Under the pieces are notes generated by a model. The model searched no databases, had not been told where the DNA came from, and was given only the letters and a program-made list of their open reading frames with translations. A stretch of 62,166 nt of DNA, counting the filler. It is 3 parts of 3 records of this genome, joined end to end, with 100 filler letters (N's around TTAATTAATTAA, not from the genome) between each part and the next. Parts side by side here need not be neighbours in the genome. Positions count along the whole stretch, not along the records: positions 28,771 to 50,849 come from DRR723986_9877; positions 50,950 to 62,166 come from DRR723986_9881; 1 more part is not named here. One strand, 5' to 3'. Position numbers and translations under genes: made by a program. Shown here one piece after another: positions 47,348-56,766 of the stretch. Positions within the stretch are counted from its first letter, which is position 1, and the number at the start of each line of letters is the position of its first letter.

Positions 47348-49179
47348 CGAGCCATGTTCAGTTGCCCGAACCGACCGCGGAAATCGTCGCCGTGCAGGAC
47401 GATCTCGTCACACTGTCGCCGCTCGGCTCTGCCCCTCTCATCAAGAACGAGGTGGTCTATATTATTCCCCATGGTCCCGAACGCGATGGCAAACCGCGGG
47501 AATATCTGAAGGCCGAAGTGCTGCGCGTGCGCGGAAAGTCCGCTGAAGCACAGGTGTTCGAAAGCACTGCCGGCGTGCGCGTCGGTGACAAGGTGATCCA
47601 GAGCGGCGAGATGCTGTCGGTTGCTCTCGGACCGGGCCTGCTCAGCACGGTTTTTGACGGCTTGCAGAACCCGCTGGCCGACATTGCAGCCGAGCACGGC
47701 TTCTTCCTGCCGCGCGGGGTGCTCACCAATGCTCTCGACCAGAACCGCAAATGGTCGTTTGAACCCAAGGTGAAATCCGGTGATGTGGTCAAAGCCGGGG
47801 AAACGCTCGGCACGGTTCCGGAAGGCAGGTTCGAGCACCGGATCATGGTTCCCTTCGTCACGACGGGGTCCTGGACAGTGGACCGGATACGCGAAGGAAC
47901 GTTCACCATCAACGAGGTGGTGGCAACGCTCAAGAACGATCGCGGCGAAACCCGCGACCTGACCATGGTCCAGCATTGGCCGGTTCGCCGGGCGATCCCG
48001 GAAGGGCTGGTCAAGGCCGGTCAGAGCGAGCGGCTTTATCCAAGCGAGCCGCTGATCACCACGTTGCGCCTGATCGACACGTTCTTTCCCATCGCCCGTG
48101 GCGGTATGGGCTGCATTCCGGGTCCCTTCGGCGCGGGCAAGACGGTGCTGCAATCGCTGATTTCGCGTTTCTCGGCGGTCAATATCGTGATCGTGGTTGC
48201 CTGCGGCGAGCGCGCCGGCGAGGTGGTCGAAACGATCACCGAGTTCCCGCACCAGCCGGACCCCTCCGGAGACGGCACGCTCATGGATCGCACGGTCATC
48301 ATCTGCAACACGTCTTCAATGCCTGTGGCGGCGCGCGAGGCCTCGATCTACACCGGCATTACCCTTGGCGAATATTACCGGCAGATGGGCTACGACGTGC
48401 TTTTGATCGCCGACAGTACCTCCCGCTGGGCCCAGGCCATGCGTGAGACCTCCGGCCGGCTGGAGGAAATTCCGGGAGAGGAAGCGTTCCCCGCCTATCT
48501 CGACAGCGCCATCAAGGGCATCTACGAACGCGCTGGCGTGTTGCGGACCGCCAGCGGCGAGACCGGCAGTCTCACCATGATCGGCACGGTATCACCAGCC
48601 GGCGGTAATTTTGAGGAACCGGTCACCCAGTCGACTCTCGGCACGGTCAAGACCTTCCTGGGCCTCTCGTCCGAACGGGCCTACAAGCGCTTCTATCCGG
48701 CGGTCGACCCGCTGCTGTCCTGGTCTCGGTATCACATTCAGCTCAACGACTGGTACCAGAACAATATCGGCCCGGACTGGGTGCCCCGCGTTTCGGAGAT
48801 GATTGAGCTCCTGCGAAAGGGTGACGAGATCACCCGGATGATGCAGGTGACAGGTGAAGAGGGCGTCTCGACCGACGATTTCATCCTTCAGCAGAAGGCG
48901 CTGTTTCTCGACATGGTCTACCTGCAGCAGGATGCCTTTGACGATGTCGATGTATCGGCTCCGCTCAAGCGCCAGCAGGAAACCTTCGATCTCGTCTACC
49001 GGATCGCCCGCACCGACTTTGCCTTTGACGACAAGGAAGCCGTCCGCAAGTTCTTCACCGAACAGACGTCGCTCTTCAAGAACCTCAACTACGCCGCCGA
49101 CGGCAGCCCGGACCGCAAGGAACTGCTGGAGAAGATAAAGGCCAATGTCAGCGCTGCCCCGACACATGTGACGGGGTGA
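47344..49179 (+). CDS. ntpA: V/A-type ATP synthase catalytic subunit A
   Basis: Walker A GPFGAGKT, CGERAGE, NTSSMPVAAREAS, PGEEAFPAYL, VSPAGG. Confidence 0.96.
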   Translation: MTSHVQLPEPTAEIVAVQDDLVTLSPLGSAPLIKNEVVYIIPHGPERDGKPREYLKAEVLRVRGKSAEAQVFESTAGVRVGDKVIQSGEMLSVALGPGLLSTVFDGLQNPLADIAAEHGFFLPRGVLTNALDQNRKWSFEPKVKSGDVVKAGETLGTVPEGRFEHRIMVPFVTTGSWTVDRIREGTFTINEVVATLKNDRGETRDLTMVQHWPVRRAIPEGLVKAGQSERLYPSEPLITTLRLIDTFFPIARGGMGCIPGPFGAGKTVLQSLISRFSAVNIVIVVACGERAGEVVETITEFPHQPDPSGDGTLMDRTVIICNTSSMPVAAREASIYTGITLGEYYRQMGYDVLLIADSTSRWAQAMRETSGRLEEIPGEEAFPAYLDSAIKGIYERAGVLRTASGETGSLTMIGTVSPAGGNFEEPVTQSTLGTVKTFLGLSSERAYKRFYPAVDPLLSWSRYHIQLNDWYQNNIGPDWVPRVSEMIELLRKGDEITRMMQVTGEEGVSTDDFILQQKALFLDMVYLQQDAFDDVDVSAPLKRQQETFDLVYRIARTDFAFDDKEAVRKFFTEQTSLFKNLNYAADGSPDRKELLEKIKANVSAAPTHVTG

Positions 49180-49263
49180 TCGCCGCGTATTGCGGGCGAG
49201 TAAGCCCCGGGCTTCGCGCTGTCCGCCCGGGGTGACGCTCTGGAAACGCACTTGGTTCTGAAG

Positions 49264-49965
49264 CTATTCCTGGTCCTGGAAAACGCTCAGGATCTCTTCC
49301 AGCGGCTTCTTGATCTTGGCGACAGCCGGTACCGTGGCGTCTTTCGCGGGATGGCCGACGGCCAGGATCATGACCGGCTTTTCCGCTTCCGGGCGGTTCA
49401 GGATCCCGTTGAGGAATTTCATCGGGTTGGGCGTGTGCGTCAGGGTTGAAAGCCCCGCATGGTGAAGTGCGGTGATCAGGAGGCCGGTGGCGATGCCGAC
49501 ACTTTCGGGCACGTAGTAGTGCTTGTAGCGGGTGCCGTCGTCGAAGGTGCCCCAGCGCTGCGCGAAAATCACGATCAGCCAGGGGGCGATGTCCAGATGC
49601 GGCTTGTCCGCGTCGGTGCCGATGGGCTCCAGTGCCTTAATCCATTCGTCGCCCGCGCCGCCATCATAGAACTTGCGTTCCTCTTCCTCGGCAGCCAGGC
49701 GGATCTTGTGCTTCAGGTCGGCATTGGAAATCGCCACGAAATGCCAGGGCTGGTGATTGGCGCCGCTCGGAGCCGTTCCGGCAGCGCGGATGCAGGCTTC
49801 GATGATGGAACGGTCCACAGGACGATCCGAGAAATGGCGAACCGTATGGCGGGTCCGCACATCGTCATAAAAGTCTTGCGCACGGGCCAGCATTTCCTTG
49901 TCGTCGTAAATTCGCCGGTCCGGCAGCGGCAACGGTTGGTAATCCAGGGCTGATTTGGAAATCAT
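49264..49965 (-). CDS. Nitroreductase-superfamily flavoprotein, iodotyrosine deiodinase (IYD)-like
   Basis: [18 protein letters not shown], lid AEEEERKFY...[13 protein letters not shown]. Confidence 0.82.
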   Translation of the reverse strand: MISKSALDYQPLPLPDRRIYDDKEMLARAQDFYDDVRTRHTVRHFSDRPVDRSIIEACIRAAGTAPSGANHQPWHFVAISNADLKHKIRLAAEEEERKFYDGGAGDEWIKALEPIGTDADKPHLDIAPWLIVIFAQRWGTFDDGTRYKHYYVPESVGIATGLLITALHHAGLSTLTHTPNPMKFLNGILNRPEAEKPVMILAVGHPAKDATVPAVAKIKKPLEEILSVFQDQE

Positions 49966-50201
49966 GTTTTTTGTCCATTTGCATTGCCGACCGCCGGATT
50001 CGCAAGGAATCCGGGCCGCGCAATCTCCTCCCACTATGCACCGTTAAGTATGGATCGACTGACCGGGCGTCAGGCAACTAAAAATCCGATCCACCGGCTT
50101 CACAACTTGAACCAAGCCCGCCTATGCTCGTCTTTGAAACGCCAAATGGCCTTGATGAAAAAATAACCTTGACCAGTGACATGGCACCTTTCTAGATTTT
50201 C

Positions 50202-50217
50202 TTGACCAATTGGTCAG
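50202..50217. promoter_or_regulatory. RutR/PydR-type operator
   Basis: TTGACCAATTGGTCAG versus consensus TTGACCAnnTGGTCAA, upstream of an NMT1-type SBP. Confidence 0.7.
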
Positions 50218-50379
50218 CACTGTTCGTTGAGAAGGCAAAATGCCCCGGCGTCCGGATGCGGCCAAACAGCCGGAAGAGGATCAGGCGGCCGGGAACCGCT
50301 CCGAGGTCCGCACCGGTTAGGGTTTGAAGTTCCAGAGAAGGGTGAGTCCGACAGCGGCTCGCCCATAACCAGTAGGGGA

Positions 50380-50849
50380 ATGGCAATGAAGGCATTGAAA
50401 AGTCTGGCGCTCGCGTCTGTCCTGGGCGCAAGCCTGGTGTCAGGTGCGGCCAACGCCGCGGACGAGCTGACACTGCAGCTTAAGTGGGTCACACAGGGCC
50501 AGTTTGCCGGCTATTACGTGGCCAAGGACAAGGGCTTTTACGACGAAGAAGGCCTGGACGTGACGATCAAGCCGGGCGGTCCGGACATTGCGCCGCCGCA
50601 GGTTATCGCCGGTGGCGGAGCCGACGTGATCATCGACTGGATGCCGTCCGCCCTTGCATCGCGCGAAAAGGGTGTGCCGCTTGTCAACATCGCACAGCCG
50701 TTCAAGAAGTCCGGCATGATGCTGACCTGCCTGAAGGAAACCGGCATCACCTCGCCGGAAGACTTCAAGGGCCGGACACTCGGTGTCTGGTTCTTCGGTA
50801 ACGAATATCCGTTCCTGTCCTGGATGAGCCAGCTCGGCATTCCGACCGA
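50380..50849 (+). CDS. NMT1/THI5-like ABC substrate-binding protein (probably pyrimidine), 3'-truncated
   Basis: Signal peptide; LQLKWVTQGQFAGYYVA..KGFY.EEGLDV. Confidence 0.88.
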
Positions 50850-50949
50850 NNNNNNNNNNNNNNNNNNNNNNNNNNNNNNNNNNNNNNNNNNNNTTAATTA
50901 ATTAANNNNNNNNNNNNNNNNNNNNNNNNNNNNNNNNNNNNNNNNNNNN
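50850..50949. other. Artificial contig linker
   Basis: N44-TTAATTAATTAA-N44; composition and gene content change across it. Confidence 0.98.
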
Positions 50950-50984
50950 TGGCTGCGTCATCTGGTGCGCTGCCTTATGCCCTG

Positions 50985-51011
50985 TTATCGATGCCGTGAA
51001 ATGAAACTTGA
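50985..51011 (-). promoter_or_regulatory. Sigma-28 (FliA) promoter pointing out of the contig
   Basis: Minus strand reads TCAAGTTT-N11-ATCGATAA. Confidence 0.55.
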
Positions 51012-51447
51012 GGCCTCCAGCTGCAAATAAAAAATATTGTTGTTGCACCCTCAAGTTCACTGAATCAGTGTCGTAATGAGGCGATTTTTCCTGAAAAAGA
51101 ATGCCGCTCCCTCCTCAAGTTTTCTTAAAAGGTGTCCGTTATCTTCAGTAGACGCTTAACAATTGGGGCCCCCGCCGCAAGGGGCAGCACGAAGTGGGGG
51201 TCAATCGAATGGGGGGATCCCCCCAAACTGTGATTCTTCCATCGGGCCTATTGAGCGACAGTGTGTCCATGTAAGGCAGTTCCCTACACGTTGATTTCCT
51301 GCTCGGTGACTCAATGAATGGAAGTTGGATGATTCAGGTAATCGGGCGACAAGCCGAAGATACGTATGAGGGAAGTGTCGCTGCAATCAAGAAAGCAGCG
51401 CAAATTGAGGATGCAGTACAACAGAGATTGAATTGGAGGATGTTCAA

Positions 51448-51765
51448 ATGAAAAGTACCCGTCTGTTAGATGAAATTCGCGAAACCAACCTGTCTTACTT
51501 GTTGCTGGCTCAGCAACTGATTCGCGAAGACCGCGCCGAAGCCACATTCCGTTTGGGCATTTCTGATGAAGTGGCTGAATTGATCGACCAACTGACCACC
51601 GCCCAGGTACTTCGCATCGCGTCGAGCAACATGTTGATGTGTCGTTTCCGTTTCGACGACGAAGTGGTTTGGAATTTGCTGACCAGTCACACCAAAGATC
51701 GCAGTGTTTCCGGCATGCATGCGGCAATCATCATGTCTGGCAAAGCGGTAAACGCAGCAGCTTAA
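51448..51765 (+). CDS. flhD: Flagellar master regulator FlhD
   Basis: EIRETNLSYLLLAQQL, A.FRLGI, CRFRF; GGAGG RBS. Confidence 0.95.
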   Translation: MKSTRLLDEIRETNLSYLLLAQQLIREDRAEATFRLGISDEVAELIDQLTTAQVLRIASSNMLMCRFRFDDEVVWNLLTSHTKDRSVSGMHAAIIMSGKAVNAAA

Positions 51766-51845
51766 CCACACACGGCAATTATTCAGGATGTAACAACAAC
51801 AACTCAGGCATCCAACATTGACATCAGACAGGGGTCAAAAAAATC

Positions 51846-52409
51846 ATGGCAAAAGTTAAATCAATCATCGACGAAGCAGCACAAATCCAGTTGGCTACAC
51901 AGCTGATTCGCCTGGATGCACGCCTGCAAGTTCTCGAGTCCGAAACACAGTTGTCTCGCGAACGTTTGTTGAAGTTGTACAAAGAACTCAAACACAAGTC
52001 GCCTCCCAAAGGCATGCTGCCATTTTCAACCGACTGGTTCATGACCTGGCAGCCCAATATTCATTCCTCTCTGTTTATCAACATCTATCAAACGCTGATC
52101 AAAAGCACTGACATTGAAGACATTGAGGCAATCATCAAGGCTTACCGAATGTACCTGGAGCAAATTACCCAGTTGGGTTTGCCCGAGGTTTTGTCGCTGA
52201 CTCGTGCATGGCGTTTGGTCAAGTTCTTTGATGCCGGGATGTTGACGACTACCGAGTGCAAAGACTGCGAAGGCCGTTTTGTTGTGCACACCTATGAGTT
52301 GGTCAACGATTACGTTTGCGGCCTGTGCCACATGCCTTCCCGTGCCGGAAAAACCCGGCAGTCGGCAGCTGATCGTTTCTTCAACGAAGAAGCCAGCGTC
52401 GAAGCTTAA
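51846..52409 (+). CDS. flhC: Flagellar master regulator FlhC
   Basis: ARLQVLESET, SPPKGMLPFSTDWF, CxxC...CxxC zinc site. Confidence 0.96.
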   Translation: MAKVKSIIDEAAQIQLATQLIRLDARLQVLESETQLSRERLLKLYKELKHKSPPKGMLPFSTDWFMTWQPNIHSSLFINIYQTLIKSTDIEDIEAIIKAYRMYLEQITQLGLPEVLSLTRAWRLVKFFDAGMLTTTECKDCEGRFVVHTYELVNDYVCGLCHMPSRAGKTRQSAADRFFNEEASVEA

Positions 52410-52653
52410 GTATTCAGTTTGCAAAGCCCAGGGAGAAGGGCTTTCCGTTTACCCCCGCTGCACCAAAAGGTCCGGTTGCATCCTCCCACCCTCTGTCTCT
52501 TCCGGGTCTGCAGTGGGGGTTTCTCATCTCTCAAATGACCAGCCAATGTTGCTGGTCATTTTTATTGAACCCCCCTCAAAAATGGCTATCACCAAGGATT
52601 GTGAAATCTTGGCCATGCCTTGAAATCACCCAGAAAAGCCACTTTATTCGGAC

Positions 52654-52680
52654 AAAAGATTTTACAAATTCTGCCGACAA
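52654..52680 (+). promoter_or_regulatory. Sigma-28 promoter for motAB-che
   Basis: AAAAGATT-N11-GCCGACAA, ending 44 nt before the motA ATG. Confidence 0.65.
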
Positions 52681-52723
52681 TACCTATACAGAAAAACCAT
52701 TCATCGACAGAGAACTTCAACCC

Positions 52724-53587
52724 ATGTTAGTAGCAATCGGATTCGTGATCGTGATTTTCTCCGTGCTGGGCGGTTTCGCCTTCATGGGGGGGCACTTGGT
52801 AACGTTGTGGCAGCCAGTTGAAATTTTGATTATTGGCGGCGGTGCTCTGGGTGCGTTTGTGGTGAGCAACACACCGAGTATTTTGAAGGCCACCGGCAAG
52901 GCCCTGGGTGGCGCATTCAAACCCAGCGCAATCACCAAGGCCTTTTACATGTCCCTGATGGCCTTGATGTATGAAATCCTGACCAAGGTTCGCAAAGAGG
53001 GTTTGATGTCGATTGAAGGTGATGTCGAAGAGCCAGAACAAAGTCCCCTGTTTCAGAAGTACCCCGAAGTATTGGCCGATCACCACATTGTTGAATTCCT
53101 GACCGATTACCTGCGCTTGATGGTGAGCGGAAACCTCAACCCCATGGAAATTGAGAATCTGATGGATGGCGAACTCGAGACGCATCATCAGGAAGCGCAC
53201 ACCCCCCAGTCGGCAGTTCAGCAAATGGCCGACGGTTTGCCGGCATTCGGTATCGTGGCTGCGGTAATGGGTGTGGTGCACGTCATGGGCTCAGTGGGAC
53301 AGGTCAGTAACGCTGAACTGGGCGTGATGATTGCAGCCGCCCTGGTGGGTACATTTCTGGGCATTTTGCTGGCCTACGGTTTCGTCGGTCCTCTGGCCAG
53401 CATCATCAACCACAAAATTGCCGAATCATCCAAGCCATTCGAGTGCGTGAAGACCACCTTGCTGGCAAGCCTGAATGGTTATTCGCCTGCACTGGCTGTC
53501 GAGTTTGGCCGAAAGGTTCTTTATTCCACGGAGCGTCCAACTTTCATTGAGCTGGAAGAGCACGTGAAGAGCACCAAGGGCAAATAA
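52724..53587 (+). CDS. motA: Flagellar stator MotA
   Basis: RKEGLMSIE, LPAFGIVAAV.G, ALVGTFLG, EFGRK. Confidence 0.96.
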   Translation: MLVAIGFVIVIFSVLGGFAFMGGHLVTLWQPVEILIIGGGALGAFVVSNTPSILKATGKALGGAFKPSAITKAFYMSLMALMYEILTKVRKEGLMSIEGDVEEPEQSPLFQKYPEVLADHHIVEFLTDYLRLMVSGNLNPMEIENLMDGELETHHQEAHTPQSAVQQMADGLPAFGIVAAVMGVVHVMGSVGQVSNAELGVMIAAALVGTFLGILLAYGFVGPLASIINHKIAESSKPFECVKTTLLASLNGYSPALAVEFGRKVLYSTERPTFIELEEHVKSTKGK

Positions 53588-53592
53588 GCATC

Positions 53593-54561
53593 ATGGCAAA
53601 GTCCGACGAAGAACGTCCAATCATCGTAGTCAAGAAGATCAAGAAAGGTGGTCATGGTCACCACGGCGGCGCCTGGAAAATTGCGTATGCCGACTTTGTG
53701 ACTGCCATGATGGCTTTTTTCCTGTTGATGTGGTTGCTGGGCTCCACTTCCGAAGGTGACCTGAAAGGCATCTCTGATTATTTCAACTCACCTTTGAAGG
53801 TGGCACTGGTTGGGGGTCCCGGTTCTGGCACCGCCACGAGTGTAATAGATGCGGGGGGTACTGATTTGTCGCGCTCCGTGGGGCAAATCAAAAGTGGAAG
53901 TACCGACAAGGCCACCAACAGCAGTACTTCCGACGCGACTGCAGAAGCGCTCGAGCGCGCAGAGTCAAAGCGCTTGCTGGAATTAAAGGGGGAAATAGAG
54001 GGCCTAATCGACGCATCAGATTTGATGAAACAGTTTAAAAATCAAATCATGCTCGACATTACGCCTGAGGGTTTACGAATTCAAATTGTGGATGAGCGAA
54101 ATCGCCCCATGTTTGATTCAGGCAGCGCGGTGTTGAAAGACTACATGAAGGACATTTTGAGAAATTTGACCAAGTTGCTGAACCAGGTACCCAACAAGTT
54201 GACGTTGTCAGGCCACACCGATGCCACGCCGTATGCGGCGGGCAACAAGGGATACAGCAACTGGGAATTGTCGGCAGACCGCGCCAATGCCAGTCGCCGT
54301 GAAATGACCCTGGCAGGCATGCCGGATAGCAAAATGTTGCGTGTGGTGGGTTTGGCTTCCTCGGTGTCGCTGGATGAAAAAGACCCCTACGCCGCGGTGA
54401 ATCGACGAATCGCGATTGTGGTGATGAACAAACGCGCAGAAGAAGCAGTACGGGCGCTGGCCAATCTGGATGAAGGGCAAGACCCTGGCTTGATCGAGTT
54501 GCCGCCCGTACCCAAAGTTGAAGGCTTGCCGTTTCCAAAAAACGGACCAAGTACGAATTGA
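53593..54561 (+). CDS. motB: Flagellar stator MotB
   Basis: WKIAYADFVTAMMAFF; OmpA-like GHTD, NWELSADRA, NRR. Confidence 0.96.
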   Translation: MAKSDEERPIIVVKKIKKGGHGHHGGAWKIAYADFVTAMMAFFLLMWLLGSTSEGDLKGISDYFNSPLKVALVGGPGSGTATSVIDAGGTDLSRSVGQIKSGSTDKATNSSTSDATAEALERAESKRLLELKGEIEGLIDASDLMKQFKNQIMLDITPEGLRIQIVDERNRPMFDSGSAVLKDYMKDILRNLTKLLNQVPNKLTLSGHTDATPYAAGNKGYSNWELSADRANASRREMTLAGMPDSKMLRVVGLASSVSLDEKDPYAAVNRRIAIVVMNKRAEEAVRALANLDEGQDPGLIELPPVPKVEGLPFPKNGPSTN

Positions 54562-54589
54562 AAGAAACAGACTATTTGTCAGGAGCAAC

Positions 54590-55522
54590 ATGATGCAAAA
54601 CGATTATCGCTTGATGAACATGATTGACGAGAAGGCAAGGCTTGCAGGCTCCAACAAAATGGAGTTATTGCTGTTCTCGTTGGGCTCTACCGAGGTATTC
54701 GGTATCAACGTGTTCAAGGTCCGCGAAGTGTGCGAAACCTTGCCCATCACGCGAACCCCCAACATGCCGGCTGGCGTGGAGGGCATCATTTCTCTGCGGG
54801 GCAGCATTCTCCCAGTGATTGATCTGGCGCAATGTCTGCGCATGGGCAACGGCGAAGCACGTACCAAGTTGATCATCACCGAGTTCTCTTCACACACGCA
54901 GGCCTTTCTGGTGCAGGACGTGGACCGGATTGTACGTGTGGACTGGGAGCAGGTGAAATCGCCTCAAAGCATTGGCCAGTCCCAAAGCGCAATGATCACC
55001 GCCCTGACAGAACTGCCCGACGGAAAGCTGGTGTCCATTCTGGATGTGGAGCAAATTCTGGGAGAAGTGATTGGTGAAGGCGATGTACCGAACATGGACA
55101 GTATGCGCCCGGATCATCCATACCCCGTGTTCTTTGCAGACGATTCGAACATGGCTCGCAAGAAAATTACTGAAGTGCTCGAGAAACTTCACCTGCCTTA
55201 TCAAAGCGCGATTAACGGACGCGAGGCCTGGGAAAAACTGCGCAACATTGCCAGTCGCGCCGAGCAGGAAAACAAAGACATTCGGGATGTGGTTTCTCTC
55301 ATCCTGGTGGATGCCGAAATGCCTGAAATGGACGGCTATGTGTTGACACGTCACATCAAGGAGGATGTTCGTTTCAAGGGCATTCCTGTCGTGATGCACT
55401 CGTCACTGTCGTCTGTGGCAAACAAGAAGTTGGGTCAGCAAGTTGGTGTGGATGCCTATGTGGGCAAGTTTCATCCCGAAGAGTTGGCGCAGATGGTTAC
55501 CTCAATGCTTCACCCAGCGTAA
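54590..55522 (+). CDS. cheV: Chemotaxis protein CheV (CheW-REC)
   Basis: MELLLF, FGINVFKVREV; REC with ADDS, DAEMPEMDG, HSSLS. Confidence 0.93.
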   Translation: MMQNDYRLMNMIDEKARLAGSNKMELLLFSLGSTEVFGINVFKVREVCETLPITRTPNMPAGVEGIISLRGSILPVIDLAQCLRMGNGEARTKLIITEFSSHTQAFLVQDVDRIVRVDWEQVKSPQSIGQSQSAMITALTELPDGKLVSILDVEQILGEVIGEGDVPNMDSMRPDHPYPVFFADDSNMARKKITEVLEKLHLPYQSAINGREAWEKLRNIASRAEQENKDIRDVVSLILVDAEMPEMDGYVLTRHIKEDVRFKGIPVVMHSSLSSVANKKLGQQVGVDAYVGKFHPEELAQMVTSMLHPA

Positions 55523-55531
55523 GGAGCAAGC

Positions 55532-55921
55532 ATGAACCCCGAAGATTTAAGAATCCTGATTGTTGACGACTTCTCGACCATGCGTCGAATTGTTCGCAAC
55601 CTGTTGAAGGAAATTGGCTACAACAACGCCGATGAGGCAGAAGACGGTGCAGTGGCTTTGGCCAAACTGAAGGCCGGTAACTTCAATTTCGTCGTGAGCG
55701 ACTTGAACATGCCCAACATGAACGGCTTTGAGTTGCTTCAGAACATTCGCGCGGATGCTGAACTCAAGCATTTGCCAGTGTTGCTGGTCACTGCTGAAGC
55801 CAAGAAAGAGGACATCGTAACCGCAGCCCAAATGGGCGCAAATGGTTACATCGTCAAGCCTTTTACCAAGGCAACCCTTGAAGAAAAACTGGGCAAGATC
55901 GTCGCGAAGATGTCTGTCTAA
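55532..55921 (+). CDS. cheY: Chemotaxis response regulator CheY
   Basis: [26 protein letters not shown]. Confidence 0.96.
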   Translation: MNPEDLRILIVDDFSTMRRIVRNLLKEIGYNNADEAEDGAVALAKLKAGNFNFVVSDLNMPNMNGFELLQNIRADAELKHLPVLLVTAEAKKEDIVTAAQMGANGYIVKPFTKATLEEKLGKIVAKMSV

Positions 55922-55954
55922 TTACAAAGAATCAGAAATGGAGAGGTCGCAACG

Positions 55955-56728
55955 ATGAGCCCAGATAATCTGAAAAGTGGTGACAACGACGATTTGGAAG
56001 CGTTGTTTGATGAAATTGCGCAACAACGTGTTTGGGATGATGCACCTGCTGCCGCCCCACAGGCACCGTCTTCTTCCGCACCCGCTGCTCAAGCAACAGT
56101 GAATTCCAGCCCGACCGATGAAGATCCGCATGATGTGTTTCGTCGCGTGGGTTCCCTCACTCGCAAACTGCACGATGCCTTGCGTGAACTGGGTTACGAC
56201 AAAAGCGTTGAGCATGCAGTGAATGCGTTGCCCGATGCACGCGCCCGCCTGAACTACATCGCAGACCTGACTGGTAAAGCCGCCGAAAAAGTACTGGCTG
56301 CTGTCGAGGCGTCGCAAAAGTTGAATGATGAAGTGTCTGCCCGTGCCGCGGAGCTCGACCGACAGTGGGACCGCCTCTACAACAACGAGATGAGTCTTGA
56401 AGAGTTTAAGTCTCATGCCCGTGAAAATCGCGAATTCATGAAAGAGATCAGCCAATCCAGTGGTCAATTGGGAGGGCACCTCACCGATATCATGATGGCG
56501 CAAGACTTCCATGACCTGACAGGTCAGGTAGTCAACCGCATCGGCAACATGGCGCAGGGTCTTGAAGAGCAACTGGTTCAGTTGTTGCTTGACACCACGC
56601 CGCCAGATCAACGCAGGCAGGTTGAAGAAACATTCCTCAACGGTCCGGCCATCAATGCAGAAGGTCGTACCGATGTGTGCAGCAATCAAAGCCAGGTCGA
56701 TGACCTGCTGGAAAGCCTCGGCTTCTAA
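55955..56728 (+). CDS. cheZ: Phosphatase CheZ with N-terminal extension
   Basis: LTRKLHDAL, PDARARL, MAQDFHDLTGQ, QVDDLLESLGF. Confidence 0.94.
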   Translation: MSPDNLKSGDNDDLEALFDEIAQQRVWDDAPAAAPQAPSSSAPAAQATVNSSPTDEDPHDVFRRVGSLTRKLHDALRELGYDKSVEHAVNALPDARARLNYIADLTGKAAEKVLAAVEASQKLNDEVSARAAELDRQWDRLYNNEMSLEEFKSHARENREFMKEISQSSGQLGGHLTDIMMAQDFHDLTGQVVNRIGNMAQGLEEQLVQLLLDTTPPDQRRQVEETFLNGPAINAEGRTDVCSNQSQVDDLLESLGF

Positions 56729-56766
56729 CAACACCAACACAACCGGGCTGACGTGGGAGAATACAA

